From assembly GCA_963808745.1 (NCBI GenBank), contig CAWEGX010000019.1:10212-74211 (forward strand): DNA of 64,000 nt, given 5' to 3'. How positions within the stretch are numbered: position 1 is the first letter of the stretch; the number at the start of each line of letters is the position of its first letter. The stretch comes from an uncultured Bacteroidales bacterium. Lineage in GTDB: Bacteria > Bacteroidota > Bacteroidia > Bacteroidales > UBA10428. Made by a program: the position numbers and the translations under genes. Below, in pieces: positions 1 through 11,450 of the stretch. Below the pieces are notes generated by a model, which saw only the letters and a program-made list of their open reading frames with translations, had not been told where the DNA came from and did no database searches.

Positions 1-83
1 AATACGGGAAAATTACTTAATTTGTGAAAATTCAGACGTATTAATATCAATTGGGAAGGCATTTGAAATGAAAAAACCATTGA

Positions 84-3000
84 ATGAATAAAACTATAAT
101 CGCTATCACAATGGCTGCAACCTTGTTTGCAGCCAGCTGTTCGCCCCGCATGGGCGAACCGGCAATTTCCGAACTAAAGAAAGGGTTTCTGAATCCTCCT
201 GATTCTGCCCGTCCCGGAGTTTATTGGTTTATAATGGATGGCAATATTTCGAAACAGGGAATAACTGCTGATTTGGAGTCGATGAAAGCAGCGGGAATTG
301 GAAGTGTATTGTTTATGGAAGTTAATGTGGGTATCCCCCGGGGAAAAGTTGATTTCATGAGCGAAGAATGGATGAATTTGTTTACCCACGCTGTTCGCGA
401 GTCCGAGCGCTTAGGTATCGCTATAACCCTTGGGGTTGGTCCCGGCTGGACCGGCAGCGGAGGTCCATGGGTTGCAGGTGCCCAGTCAATGAAACATCTT
501 GTTTATAGTTCAACTCAGGTTTCAGAAAATGAAAAGAAGCCGATCATCCTTCCCAGGCCGGCCCCTGTGAAGCCCTATTTTGGCGAGGACGCTTTCACTC
601 CGGAACTCAGGCAAAAATGGCTCGATTATTATGAAGATGTTTGTGTGCTTGCATTTCCTACTCCAGTGGGCGAATTCCGAATAACCGATATTACACAGAA
701 AGCCCTTTATTATCGGGATCCATATACTTCAATGCCCGGAGTAAAACCATTTCTTCCATCGTTGGCAAGGTATAGTGAACCAACCAAAGGAACTGTAATT
801 TCACCGGATAAAATTATTGATGTAACCCGGTACATGAAACCGGATGGAGCCCTGGATTGGAAAGTTCCCGGGGGTAAATGGATCATTATGCGTTTCGGAA
901 GCAGAAACAACGGGGCTGTTACCCGTCCTGCTCCATTACCGGGTGTGGGTTTTGAAGCCGATAAATTCGATACCACAGCGCTTAATGCACACATGGCAGA
1001 ATTCACCGGTAAGTTGCTCCAAAAAACAGGTATGCCTGACAAAAAATTGCAGGGAGGCTTAAAGATGCTCCACATGGATAGCTGGGAGATGGGCGCACAA
1101 AACTGGAGTTTTTTGTTCAGGGAGGAGTTTCAAAAGCGAAGAGGGTATGATCCGCTTCCTTATTATCCTGTTTATGCGGGCCTGGTGGTTGAAAGCCTTG
1201 AGAAAAGCGAACGTTTTCTATGGGATTTGCGGCTGACAGCCCAGGAATTAGTTATTGAAAATCATGCAGTTCATCTCAAAAAATACGCACAAAAATACAA
1301 CATGGGCTTTTCCATCGAGCCTTACGATATGAATCCTACTGCCGACATGGAATTGGGTGCAGTGGCTGATGTTCCGATGTGCGAATTCTGGAGTAAGGAT
1401 TATGGATTCAATGCGTCTTTCAGTTGTATTGAGGCGGCATTTATTGCCCATATCGAAGGAAAGAAGGTAGTTGCTGCCGAGGCTTTTACGGCTTATCTCG
1501 ACGCCTGGACACAATATCCGGGATCAATGAAAGATCAGGGAGACTGGGCTTTTGCAACCGGAATTAATAAATTCGTGTATGTTATTTTTCAGCATCAGCC
1601 ACTCAATGACAGCCTGAAACCGGGGATGACGTTTGGGCCTTATGGTGTGCATCATGAACGCAATCAGACCTGGTGGCCCATGGTGGACGGATACCATAAA
1701 TATGTTTCCCGTTGTCAGTACATTCTGCAACAGGGACAAACAGTTGCTGACATTCTGTATCTTACGCCCGAAGGCGCACCCCAGGTATTCCGTGCACCGT
1801 CTTCTGCCCTGACAAAAGGAAATGTACCGGACAAATCATTGGTTTTAACAGCCAAAGAGGAAACGCTGCCGGGTGTGTCAAAGGATGCGTTTCTTCCCGA
1901 CCGGAAGGGCTATAACTTTGATGGCTGTTCGCCTTCCCAGTTATTGAAAGCTTCAGTTACTGACGGGAAAATCGTATTCCCGTCGGGGGCTTCCTATTAT
2001 GTCCTTGTTCTGCCGAACAATGAAACAATGACTCCGGCTTTGCTCAATAAAATTGAATCATTGGTGAACGACGGTGCGTAATTATAGGAAATCCTCCGCT
2101 TAAATCGCCCAGCCTGGTGAATTATCCCGAATGTGACAGGCAGATTGCAGCGAAATCCGCATCCATGTGGGGTGCAACAACCGCACCTTCACAAATTTCC
2201 GAACGAAAGTTCGGGAAAGGGTAAAATATACTGGGGTGGTGCTTTCTCTGGCATTAACCTGCCTGAGCTTTACCCGGACTATGATGCCACGGCTTCCATA
2301 CTCCGCGAAATGGGTATTCCCGAAGATTTTGAATCAGATGGTTCTGTGAGATATACGCATCAATTGATCCCATCCGGAGAAATTTACTTTGTTTCAAACA
2401 AAACCAATGCTGCCATACATGTCGATTGTTCATTCCGGGTGAGCGAAGGAACACCTGAATTGTGGAATCCCATGACCGGGGAAACGCGGGAACTTCCTGA
2501 TTTCGAAATAAAGAAAGGCCAGATTCAGATACCCCTTCAATTTGAGGCGTACGAAAGTTATTTTATTGTTTTCAATCAAAATGGCAAAACAAAGCCAACG
2601 AGCCACTAGCAGGCATGAAGAATTTTCCCCAACCGGAAGTTTTGTTTGAAGTGAACAATCCATGGAAGGTTTCATTCGACCCGAAATGGGGCGGACCTGA
2701 AAATGTTGTTTTCGATAAACTGGATGACTGGACTTCAAGACCGGAAGAAGGCATTAAATACTATTCAGGAATTGCATACTATCAGAATACCATAAAACTT
2801 CCTGAAAATATCATTGATGATAAGAAGACCGATGTGTATATTGATCTGGGAGAAGTGAACAACCTGGCGCGCATTCATGTAAACGGTAAAGATATGGGTG
2901 TAGTATGGACAGCCCCTTTCCGCATAAAAATTACAGATGCAGTTGTTTCAGGCGATAACCGGCTGGATATTGAAGTGGCCAACCTCTGGCCAAACCGGCT

Positions 3001-3193
3001 GATTGGTGATGAACATAAACCGGACGACGGAATTAAAAACGGGCAATGGCCGGAATGGCTGATAAACGGAAAACCAAGGACATCAGGGCGGTATACTTTT
3101 ACTACTTACAAACACTACAACGCCGATTCTCCATTATTGAAATCGGGATTGACGGGTCCGGTTAAAATACTGATTGTTAAAAAGACAAAATAA
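84..3193 (+). pseudogene. GH106-like glycoside hydrolase (lipoprotein), reading frame interrupted at least 3 times
   Basis: Lipobox MNKTIIAITMAATLFAASC. The N-terminal FLNPPDSARPGVYWFIMDG...MKAAGIG motif and the C-terminal WKVSFDPKWGGPENVVFDKL...NLWPNRLIGDE motif are, as I recall, typical of the GH106/BT_0986-like family. ORFs 84-2081, 2133-2609 and 2615-3193 are consecutive pieces. The stretch ~2075-2215 reads on in another frame (CVIIGNPPLKSPSLVNYPECDRQIAAKSASMWG...). Confidence 0.55.
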
Positions 3194-3195
3194 CC

Positions 3196-4506
3196 ATGAA
3201 GAAATTTCTATTGTTATCTGTTCTGTTTATTACCCTTTGGTCTCAGGCACAAAATGTTGGCAATATTGATAATCAGCCTGCGACCGCAAACAAAACGACC
3301 AGATTGTACCTGGAACTGGTGAAGACCGAGCCGGTTCCGGTCATCGGCCCACAGCATCCCGATGCAAAGGACATACCCGCCGGATTTGAGGCAGGCACCA
3401 CCGTGAAAGTAAAAATCAACGGACAAGCCGCCTACCACATGGTCACATCGACCATGGAAACCTTCGGTGACACCCGCTGGGCGGACTTACGGACCGAGCA
3501 CTGGATATCCGAAGACGGAAACCAATGGAGACGGCACAAGATTCTGTTCCGTCCGGGCAAAAATCCCGATACTGGAATGTGGGAGTTGACCGGCAGCCCC
3601 TTCTTCTTTTTCGATGAAAAGGCGGATCGCTGGTTCATCTATTTCAATTTCATGGCCTATGACCGCAGACGTCCATGGGATACCCCAACTTTGCTTCGCA
3701 GGGCAGGAGCCAAAACAAAGGGATTGTCCGGGATCAACGGCGAGTTCGAGTACCCGGGAGAGATTGTAGCGCCCAGCGGAATCGCCCATCCGACCGATGC
3801 CCCGGCATCAAGCATCAGTCCACCCTTCAAGGCCGCCGATGGGAAATGGTACGCATTTCTGGGCGGCGGGCCTGAACCATTCAATGCCACATCGGGAAAC
3901 TGGTGGGTATTGATTGTAAAGGCAAAAGGCCCGGAAGGTCCGTTCATCTATATGCCGGAGCACGCCCCGGAGCGGTTCATGGAGCCGACGGGTTTCGTGG
4001 AAAATCCTTTGATCACCAGGATAAAGGGGCCTGTTACCGGCAAGGAATACTGGGCAGTCATCTTCGATTTCCTTAAGCCTGAAGTGACGACCGGCAATAA
4101 CTCCCAAATCGGATTCAGCTGTTCGGAGGACGGTTTGACGTGGCCTGTGGGAAACGCTCAAATCATAGACATGGATAAAGGGCTGCCGGCCGGAACCAAT
4201 GCGTGGTGGCGGTGCATCAGGGTTCCCCATCAACTCATCGATGAGGGGAACGGTTTGTATACCTGCTTCTTCTCCGCCTATGACAAACAGGGTGAATTTG
4301 AAAGCATTGGAAAGGCAACCTTCAGGGTGCAAGAGATTGTGAATAATCACGGTAAAGGTCGAGGTCGGCTTTCTACTTTTGGCGAGCAGTTGTTCGCCAC
4401 ACACGGCGAACCGGCATTTTCGGATTTGAAGAAAGGGCTTCTGAATCCTCCTGATTCTGCCCGTCCAGGAGTTTATTGGTTTATTTTGGATTTTTTCAAG
4501 GTCTGA
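3196..4506 (+). CDS. secreted hypothetical protein (possibly propeller-type glycosidase-like); last ~35 codons come from a GH106-like 5' remnant
   Basis: 436-aa ORF with signal peptide MKKFLLLSVLFITLWSQAQ. It starts 3 nt after the upstream stop. No confident family motif. The C-terminal HGEPAFSDLKKGLLNPPDSARPGVYWFI duplicates the N-terminus of the gene at 84. Confidence 0.4.
   Translation: MKKFLLLSVLFITLWSQAQNVGNIDNQPATANKTTRLYLELVKTEPVPVIGPQHPDAKDIPAGFEAGTTVKVKINGQAAYHMVTSTMETFGDTRWADLRTEHWISEDGNQWRRHKILFRPGKNPDTGMWELTGSPFFFFDEKADRWFIYFNFMAYDRRRPWDTPTLLRRAGAKTKGLSGINGEFEYPGEIVAPSGIAHPTDAPASSISPPFKAADGKWYAFLGGGPEPFNATSGNWWVLIVKAKGPEGPFIYMPEHAPERFMEPTGFVENPLITRIKGPVTGKEYWAVIFDFLKPEVTTGNNSQIGFSCSEDGLTWPVGNAQIIDMDKGLPAGTNAWWRCIRVPHQLIDEGNGLYTCFFSAYDKQGEFESIGKATFRVQEIVNNHGKGRGRLSTFGEQLFATHGEPAFSDLKKGLLNPPDSARPGVYWFILDFFKV
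4388..4490 (+). pseudogene. 5' remnant of a second GH106-like gene, paralogous to nt ~126-232
   Basis: Nucleotide and peptide similarity: LFATHGEPAFSDLKKGLLNPPDSARPGVYWFI versus LFAASCSPRMGEPAISELKKGFLNPPDSARPGVYWFI. The homology stops where the convergent gene ends at 4496. Confidence 0.6.
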
Positions 4507-6976
4507 AAACGATTGTTTCGCCTTTTTTTGTTTGCATTTCCACCACATTCGATTGGAGCAACTTTTGACCGCTTCCATTGGTAACACTTCCTCCCGATTT
4601 CCAGGGTAAAATGATTTTTAGCAGCCCTCCTGCCTCGCTGAAAATTTCAACCTTTTCCGTTAGTCCATTTTTAAGTGAAGCTGAGACCAGAAAGGCTCCC
4701 GCGGCACGCAGGTTTTGGAATTCGGCATCCTTATCCATGGGCCAGTTGGGGTAAAGCCGGATGGTTCCATTGTAACTTTGCATCAGGCATTCGTTGATCA
4801 CAACCGGCAGGGCAAAGTTTTCGAACCAGATACCCATCAGGTCCATGTAACCATAAGGTGTTAAGTCGCTGTAACGGCCATGCACTTGCATTACCCGGTC
4901 CGAAGCTGTTCCGTTGGGTAGCAGGCAATAATTGACCTGGCGCTTAAACCGTTCCAGGTCGAGCATGCCGATGCGGGCCGCCTGCAGGTTTATAAACACC
5001 AGGTCGTTTCCGCCTTCGTTTTGCTGATTTAAAAATGTATTTTTTAACAGCAGTTTGGTTTCCGAATCGGAATGCAGTCCGTAATCTTCGCCCGGAAATA
5101 CTGTCATCAGCGGGTTGGGACAGTTGTAAACCACCCCGGAATGTTCTTCGGGCACAGAAACCAGCACTTTGCCAAATTCTTTCGAAACGGCAGTTGGATA
5201 CTCCGGAAAGCGCGACAGGATCATCTTTACATCGCTGAGTAATGCTTTTTCACTGGTTTCAAGATTTAAAACCCCGGTTGCCTCAATAAATGCCCTGAAA
5301 ATGAATTTTGTGAGTGTAAGGTCAACGTTGCTATCATAATTGTATTTGAATCCGGGACGAAGTCCGTACAATTCAGGAGGAACGGCTGGGAAGATATGGA
5401 ATTTGTCGTCTTTCCATTGTGGCCCGCTTGCTTCAGGCCGCTTCATGTAGGCCACCAGAAATTCAACGGCCGCCTTTATCGGCTCGTAAGCGCGGGTCCT
5501 GAGAAATTCGGTATCAGCCGAATACAGGTAGTGCCACCATAAACCCTGCACGGTCCAGGGAGTTTCAAAAATCTCCCATCCCCAGTCCGGAACCGGATAA
5601 GAATTCATGGTCATATCAACCGGATACGCACTGTGAGGGAAATAGGCTCCGGGCATTTCGTAATACTCTTTTGCCCAGCGTTTACTCACTGGCATCAGCC
5701 GCTCAACCAGGTTCACATACGGCAGATTTTTCTCCAGGTGGTTGCTGGAAAAAGTCGCCCAGAACGGCTGTTGTGTATTGTAATTCATGTGATAATCGCC
5801 ATGCCAGGCAGTGCCAATGGTATTGTAGCTCCAGTTGGCAAAAAGACCGGGCGTGGTGGCTTCTTTTTTTGTGGCACAATTCAGAAAATAGAGGTTATGA
5901 TACCACATGCGCTCCAGAAACTGGTCGCCAAGTTTTACACCGGATTTATTCCAGTATTCTTTCCATGTTTGCTGGCTTTTCAGAATGGACGCCTGGTACT
6001 TATCGGCCTGAGGAGCTTCTGTTCCGGGCAAGTCAATGGCAACATCACTGTTTAGTCCTTCCTGAAGTGAAATACAACCCACAAATCCGATTTCCTTTTT
6101 GATACCTGCTTCCAATGTCGGCATCCACTCTATATTGCCGTCCCAGTTGATTCTTGAGCGTTTTTCAAGCGGACAATTCAGGGCAGTAATCAGCCGAAAA
6201 GCTTTGTCTTTGGGATGCCCTATCACTGTATCATATTTATCCGGTTCCGAATAAGGCAAAGTCTGTCGAAAGGAGAGTATTCCCTTGGACAAATCTTCCT
6301 CAATTTTAGTCTTCGGAAATTCTTTCGGTGTGGAAGGATCGGGCATCACCCGAACCCGGTCAAAAATGTTTTCGCAGGGGTTTCCCTGCTGATCGACCAA
6401 CCGGAACCAAAGCTGATCATTGGTCATATCGGTAAAAATCTGCAGGGTAATCTTTTTCTGATCTTTGGTAAGAAGGTAAACTTCACAAAGTCCGGTGGAA
6501 ATATCCAGCCGGTGTCCAATCATTTCAGCATTCCGGCGGTCGAAGCCAAGCAGTACCGATCCGCAGGGAAATGGCCGGGGATAAGGCTTCGCGTAGTTTT
6601 CGCGAGCCATGTTAGAGTAATCGTTATACCATTTATCCTGGGTAAGAACTTTCAGGGTATCAGGAATGGCTTTTACACGATTAAAAACATCTTTGAAAGT
6701 ACCGAGCTTTTCCTTGTTATTTTCTGCAATGCGGATATCCCAGACATTATTGTGCCCGAAATACAGCACAACAGCATCGGGACGGGTAGTTACCACAACG
6801 CCCATTGCCCCGTTCCCCAGCAATGCCCCTTCAAAGAAATCAACAGCCGGCTTGTTGTATGTCAGGGGATGAAGACCTGCTCTTTCAAAAGAACTGAAAG
6901 ATTCCTGGGCCTCAGCACCCATACTGCCAATGACAAGTAAAATGGCAAAGAGTAAAAAATTGGTTTTGATTTTCAT
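4496..6976 (-). CDS. secreted GH95-like (six-hairpin) glycoside hydrolase
   Basis: 826-aa ORF with a signal peptide. FFEGALLGNGAMGVV near the N-terminus and WHGDYHMNYNTQQPFW in the middle resemble GH95 motifs (LGNGxxG; NxNxQMNYW). Confidence 0.5.
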   Translation of the reverse strand: MKIKTNFLLFAILLVIGSMGAEAQESFSSFERAGLHPLTYNKPAVDFFEGALLGNGAMGVVVTTRPDAVVLYFGHNNVWDIRIAENNKEKLGTFKDVFNRVKAIPDTLKVLTQDKWYNDYSNMARENYAKPYPRPFPCGSVLLGFDRRNAEMIGHRLDISTGLCEVYLLTKDQKKITLQIFTDMTNDQLWFRLVDQQGNPCENIFDRVRVMPDPSTPKEFPKTKIEEDLSKGILSFRQTLPYSEPDKYDTVIGHPKDKAFRLITALNCPLEKRSRINWDGNIEWMPTLEAGIKKEIGFVGCISLQEGLNSDVAIDLPGTEAPQADKYQASILKSQQTWKEYWNKSGVKLGDQFLERMWYHNLYFLNCATKKEATTPGLFANWSYNTIGTAWHGDYHMNYNTQQPFWATFSSNHLEKNLPYVNLVERLMPVSKRWAKEYYEMPGAYFPHSAYPVDMTMNSYPVPDWGWEIFETPWTVQGLWWHYLYSADTEFLRTRAYEPIKAAVEFLVAYMKRPEASGPQWKDDKFHIFPAVPPELYGLRPGFKYNYDSNVDLTLTKFIFRAFIEATGVLNLETSEKALLSDVKMILSRFPEYPTAVSKEFGKVLVSVPEEHSGVVYNCPNPLMTVFPGEDYGLHSDSETKLLLKNTFLNQQNEGGNDLVFINLQAARIGMLDLERFKRQVNYCLLPNGTASDRVMQVHGRYSDLTPYGYMDLMGIWFENFALPVVINECLMQSYNGTIRLYPNWPMDKDAEFQNLRAAGAFLVSASLKNGLTEKVEIFSEAGGLLKIILPWKSGGSVTNGSGQKLLQSNVVEMQTKKGETIVFRP

Positions 6977-7233
6977 ATTATTTAGGTAAGTGCATTTTTT
7001 TCCTTAAAGTAATTTTATCAAAAGTATCAACATATTTTAAGACGAGACAGCCTCTTCTATTTTCCTGATAAATATTATTTGATCAGAATGCCAATTTCCT
7101 TTTAGCATTCCAGGTATAAGGCTTTTTCAAAGCAGGAAAGCCTTGACTTTGAGTAAATTATTTTATATCTTTCTTATAGTATACCCAATATTCTAATTTT
7201 CAATGTAGTGATTCATTTAAATTCTTTAAACCA

Positions 7234-7743
7234 ATGAAGAAGATAGTTGAATTGATATTAGCTTTCATTATGCTATTAGATTTAACTTCTTGCCATTCTT
7301 ATACTTATATATCCAAAATACAAGATTATGAATCCTATCAACATAAAGAGCATGTCTATGCTATGGATTTGATTACAAACAGGGATAGCACGGTATATTT
7401 CAGTTCAGGATTTCCGGGCAGATTATCTGAAAATGAAGTAAAAGGCCCACGGCAGGTTTTATTGCAATACTTTGAACCAGATTCTGTGCATTTTAATGAA
7501 AAACATAAAATCAGTTACGTCATAAAGGACAGTATCAGGTACAAGATCATAAATCGAAACGATACAATATTAGTCTGTCACTTGTCTGACACAATACACA
7601 TTCCATTTTCAGAAATCAAACAAATACATATAAAAGAATTTGATAGTGCCAATACCACATTGGGGATTGTAGGTATAGCCGGCGTTGTTGCCGCAATATT
7701 CATTGGAGTATTTACGTATATATTTTCGAATATGGGTGCTTAA
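7234..7743 (+). CDS. hypothetical lipoprotein with C-terminal TM helix
   Basis: Lipobox LLDLTSC. C-terminal hydrophobic stretch LGIVGIAGVVAAIFIGVFTYIF. No family recognised. Confidence 0.45.
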   Translation: MKKIVELILAFIMLLDLTSCHSYTYISKIQDYESYQHKEHVYAMDLITNRDSTVYFSSGFPGRLSENEVKGPRQVLLQYFEPDSVHFNEKHKISYVIKDSIRYKIINRNDTILVCHLSDTIHIPFSEIKQIHIKEFDSANTTLGIVGIAGVVAAIFIGVFTYIFSNMGA

Positions 7744-7945
7744 TTTAAAAGCCGAGCCTGGTTCATCGGGTAGTTTTTCTTATGTTATACTTTCAGAAAA
7801 ACCATATCTCAACTAAAACCAAGAAATTCCTGAAATAGCAATTGCAAATCTTGCCCCGGGGCCGCCTGCAAAACCAAAAATTGGTTTTGCATCAATCGGA
7901 ACATATTTTGAATATCAGTTTGACAATTAAACTACTGGTTACATT

Positions 7946-7975
7946 GAAAAAACCCGGTTCCACACCGGGTTTTCC
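7946..7975 (-). terminator. candidate rho-independent terminator (bidirectional hairpin)
   Basis: aacccgg-ttccaca-ccgggtt hairpin. It is flanked by an A6 run on the + strand, which is a T6 run on the - strand, downstream of the minus-strand gene ending ~8038. Confidence 0.4.
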
Positions 7976-8037
7976 ATTTGCTGAATTTTATATATTCGGC
8001 CAATTCTGACAATCTGCAATAAGAACGTTACTTCAAT

Positions 8038-8474
8038 TTATTTACATTCAATCGAGGAGACATAACGATCAACTATGAATGGCCCTGTCCAATAGTTCTC
8101 AACAAGCATAACTCCTCGATAAGATTCATGTATAATTTCGACTAATTTACCTTCATGAAATAACATCATAGGAAAAGTAAAACCCCCATTTGCCACGTTA
8201 TACTAGCATGACCACAACCATTATATTCGAAAATGAGTGTATATTCATCTCCGCTAATTGATCCTTTGAGTGTTCCTCTCCCCTTTTCCTGGTAATGGTT
8301 ATTGTTCCATAACTGTTGAACAGTGATAGTCCCGGACACATCTTCATCCAGACAATCCCCTGCATAAAATGTAGCATTCCAATCGTAACTTCCTCTTGTC
8401 GCTTGAGAAACAGCCTTAGTAGTCGGCAAGACTACAAAAAGACATAAAACGGCAAAGATTTTTAGTGTTTTCAT
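8038..8474 (-). pseudogene. small secreted hypothetical protein with an apparent frame change at a C5/G5 run
   Basis: ORF 8166-8474 has signal peptide MKTLKIFAVLCLFVVLPTTKA. After the GGGGG run near 8187 the sequence stays open in another frame (GGFTFPMMLFHEGKLVEIIHESYRGVMLVENYWTGPFIVDRYVSSIECK*) down to 8038. Confidence 0.4.
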
Positions 8475-8761
8475 AGTTGTTTGGTTTGGTTAAACAATTG
8501 GGCGTTAAAAGACACAAATGATATTAGGATATACAAAGTTTACAATAATAAGAAACTGAAGTCTACCACTAATTGTCCAAAAATGGACACAAATTGGTCA
8601 ATTTCAGAATAAACAATCTCAAATACTACCAGAAAGGGAGTTTTCAAGACAACTGATCAGTTAATTGTTTCTCCGGAAATAGAATATTCGGAAGGTGGTC
8701 AATACCGGTTAACGGTTCTTGCTGGTGTTTGTCAGAAGAGGAACTGTTTAAAAGCTATCAG

Positions 8762-9316
8762 TCATTTTTTTGCCGGCTCATAATAAAGCACTATTGCACC
8801 GGAGCCAAAGGTTTTTGTTTTTAAGAGTTTAAGGTTAATTCTATCGTTTATGTTTTTAAATAATGGTAAACCGTTTCCTAAAATAACCGGATGAACACAG
8901 AGCTGGTATTCATCAATTAAGTCAAGTTGCATTAAGGCTACTATTAAACTCGGGCTGCCAACTAAAATGTTTTTACCTGATTGTTGTTTGAGTTCTAAAA
9001 CTTCTTCTTTAATGTCTTTCTTTGCCAGCATTGCATTTTTCCAATCAACATTTTTCAGCGTGTGGGAAAAAACAATTTTGGGAATGTTGTCTATTAATAC
9101 TGCAAATTCATCCATTGGTTTGTTACCGGTAGGATTTTTTACTACAGTTGGCCAATAACTTTCCATAAGTTGATATGTTATCCTTCCGTATAAAAGGGTG
9201 TCTGCGTTACTTAATAGCTCATTATAATGCTGATGCAATTCATCATCTGCAATCCCTGCCGTGTGGTCGCAAAACCCGTCAAGTGTCATATTGATTGCTG
9301 CAATTAGTTTTCTCAT
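8762..9316 (-). CDS. dihydrofolate reductase family protein (RibD C-terminal domain type)
   Basis: MRKLIAAINMTLDGF...LLYGRITYQLMESYWP...ILVGSPSLI...DEYQLCVHPVILGNGLPLF matches the RibD_C/YwjB-like family pattern. Confidence 0.8.
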   Translation of the reverse strand: MRKLIAAINMTLDGFCDHTAGIADDELHQHYNELLSNADTLLYGRITYQLMESYWPTVVKNPTGNKPMDEFAVLIDNIPKIVFSHTLKNVDWKNAMLAKKDIKEEVLELKQQSGKNILVGSPSLIVALMQLDLIDEYQLCVHPVILGNGLPLFKNINDRINLKLLKTKTFGSGAIVLYYEPAKK

Positions 9317-9602
9317 TTTATTCTGTTTAAATCAATTGTCAATTTTCATGCAGGTGGTTGAATCTGCGCTGCCCCTTAAGCATGAACCGGAGATGCCTGA
9401 TAAATTTTGCAACTCCGGCCTAATATTGAACACATTATATTGAAATATAAAAATTGGCTGATTTTCAGGACTTTTATTTTAACGTGCATTAGTCTTTTGC
9501 AACTCGTTTTAATGATTTCAATTTTTGCTGATGCGATGACCGTATGAATATGGACAACTTCCACTTTACGCCTTTTTCTGATAGATATTCGAAAAGCGAA
9601 TA

Positions 9603-10994
9603 TCAGATTGACCTTATTCCCCTATAACTTAAAACTTCGTTTTGCGAGGTAAAAAGAACATTGAAGTAAATATCGCCAAATATGTTTATCAGTAATCCTT
9701 CGGGACTTGTTTTGAATTTTATTGTTCTGCCGCCGAGATCATAAGTGCCGGCATACCGTGCTAAAATATCCGGTGATACACGAATCACCTCCTTCCGTTC
9801 AGGAATGTAGTAATCTTTCCAGTGATAAACAGTTGCTACACTGTTGGCTATTTCTTCAAGATTGCCGTTGTTATCATGATTTGTATTAGTCATGATGACA
9901 ACACCATCCCCGCTGTTCTCACAACCGATAGCTGTGCAGCAAAACCCGGCATTTCCTCCATTATGGTTAAAATATTTATATGAGCCGGTTACCCTTGAAT
10001 TTACCCAGGTGCCAAGTGCAGCATCCTCAATTATTGGGGTCAGTCTTACTTTCGTAATTTCCGGCGTGAGTACCTTGGACGACTTCCCATTAAATGCAAG
10101 CTGTGTCTCGATAATATACCGACACAGATCTGATGGGGTAGTCCATAATCCGGCCGCTGCCTGCTCGGGATAAACATGATATTTCCCGTTGATTTCTTTT
10201 CCATCCGTCAGGTACCCGGTTGCCAGTAATTTTCTCCTTCGATGCCAGGGGAGGCTGGGTGAATGAGCTGCTGGTCATACCTAACGGATCCAGAACATTT
10301 TCCTGCATGAATTCATCATAAGGCTGTTTTGTAACATCAGAAAGAATCAGCTGCGAAATTGTGGTGCCACCGCCGGAATAGATAACCTCTTTGCCGGGTT
10401 CTTTAATTGATCTTACTGCACTGGTATTGGCAGGTTCTGACCCGTCAAGGATCTGGGGAATCGTGGGAATTCTTTTTCCTTTTTCATACCCGGGAAAGCC
10501 GGAAACAGAAAGTCCTCCGGTATGACTTAACAAATGGGTCAGTGTGATGATCTTTCCTTTGCATAACAGTGTCATAAGGAAATTTCCACGATACCAGGTA
10601 ATTGTTAATATCAGTGTTCAGATCAAGCTTTTTTATCCTGTACCAGTTTGAGAATACCAAGACTGTTCAGGGATTTACTGATTGATGCAGCTTGGAAAAG
10701 CGTATTTTCCGTCACGGGCCGTTTTTCCGACACATCTGCAAATCCATAACCTTTAGCCCATTCAATCTGGTAATTATGGATAACGGCAATGCTAAGACCA
10801 TTAATGTTATATTTCTTCATCCGTTCAACCAAAGACCAGGTATCCCCGTTACCAGTCTGTACCCAGCCGGATAGGCTGTTTTCAACAAGCCGGATTCTTT
10901 TTTCCGTTTCAGGGGAAAAAGTAGGCGTCTGAGCGTTCAAATATAAGCCAGTGGAAGTGAAAAAAATGCAAAAGCAAAGAAGATAGGTTTTCAT
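9603..10994 (-). pseudogene. serine hydrolase / beta-lactamase-family protein, fragmented
   Basis: Signal peptide MKTYLLCFCIFF. SxxK motif in FQAASISKSLN (ORF 10623-11054). LLSHTGGLS and YSGGG in ORF 10090-10575. C-terminal domain in ORF 9603-9893. The pieces lie in different frames. Confidence 0.7.
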
Positions 10995-11450
10995 ATGGTC
11001 TTTATAAGGAACGGAAATTTTAAGAAAATAAATTATAATGCGATCATACGTCATCTTCTTAAAAGCTTAACCCGCAAATATTTTAAAAGACAAACCAGGA
11101 GTTATCCTGTTTGATCCGCAAGGAAGAGGGTACAACTAATTATTAGATAACTTACAGAAATTCAGAGAGTTACATGGTAATTAATAATTTTCAAAACAAC
11201 AGCATGCATGAATAGTTACATTTCATAACTCAAAGTTTTCGGGAAGAACAACCACTCAAATCATGTTGAAAACCATTAACAGGCAGATTTGACGCCTGTT
11301 ACCTATAATAAATAGTCTCTACATACAAGGTTTTGCAGTAAAACGACCCTTCTTTAACTTCATTCAAATACACAAACTTTTTTGAACCGGTTTGACTGCG
11401 ATCTGGTTTTGAATCATCAATCTTTCTTTTCTTGTATTCGAGCCTGAATA

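Noticed and set aside
3808-6940. Long ORFs antisense to or overlapping annotated genes (for example 3808-4587, 5633-6102, 6215-6940; likewise 37526-38101, 41070-41546, 45216-45824, 56675-57220, 11755-12033 and 14253-14648)
   Set aside because: They lie opposite or out of frame within genes that have clear family motifs. They show low-complexity or odd composition and no recognisable motifs. I treat them as shadow ORFs.
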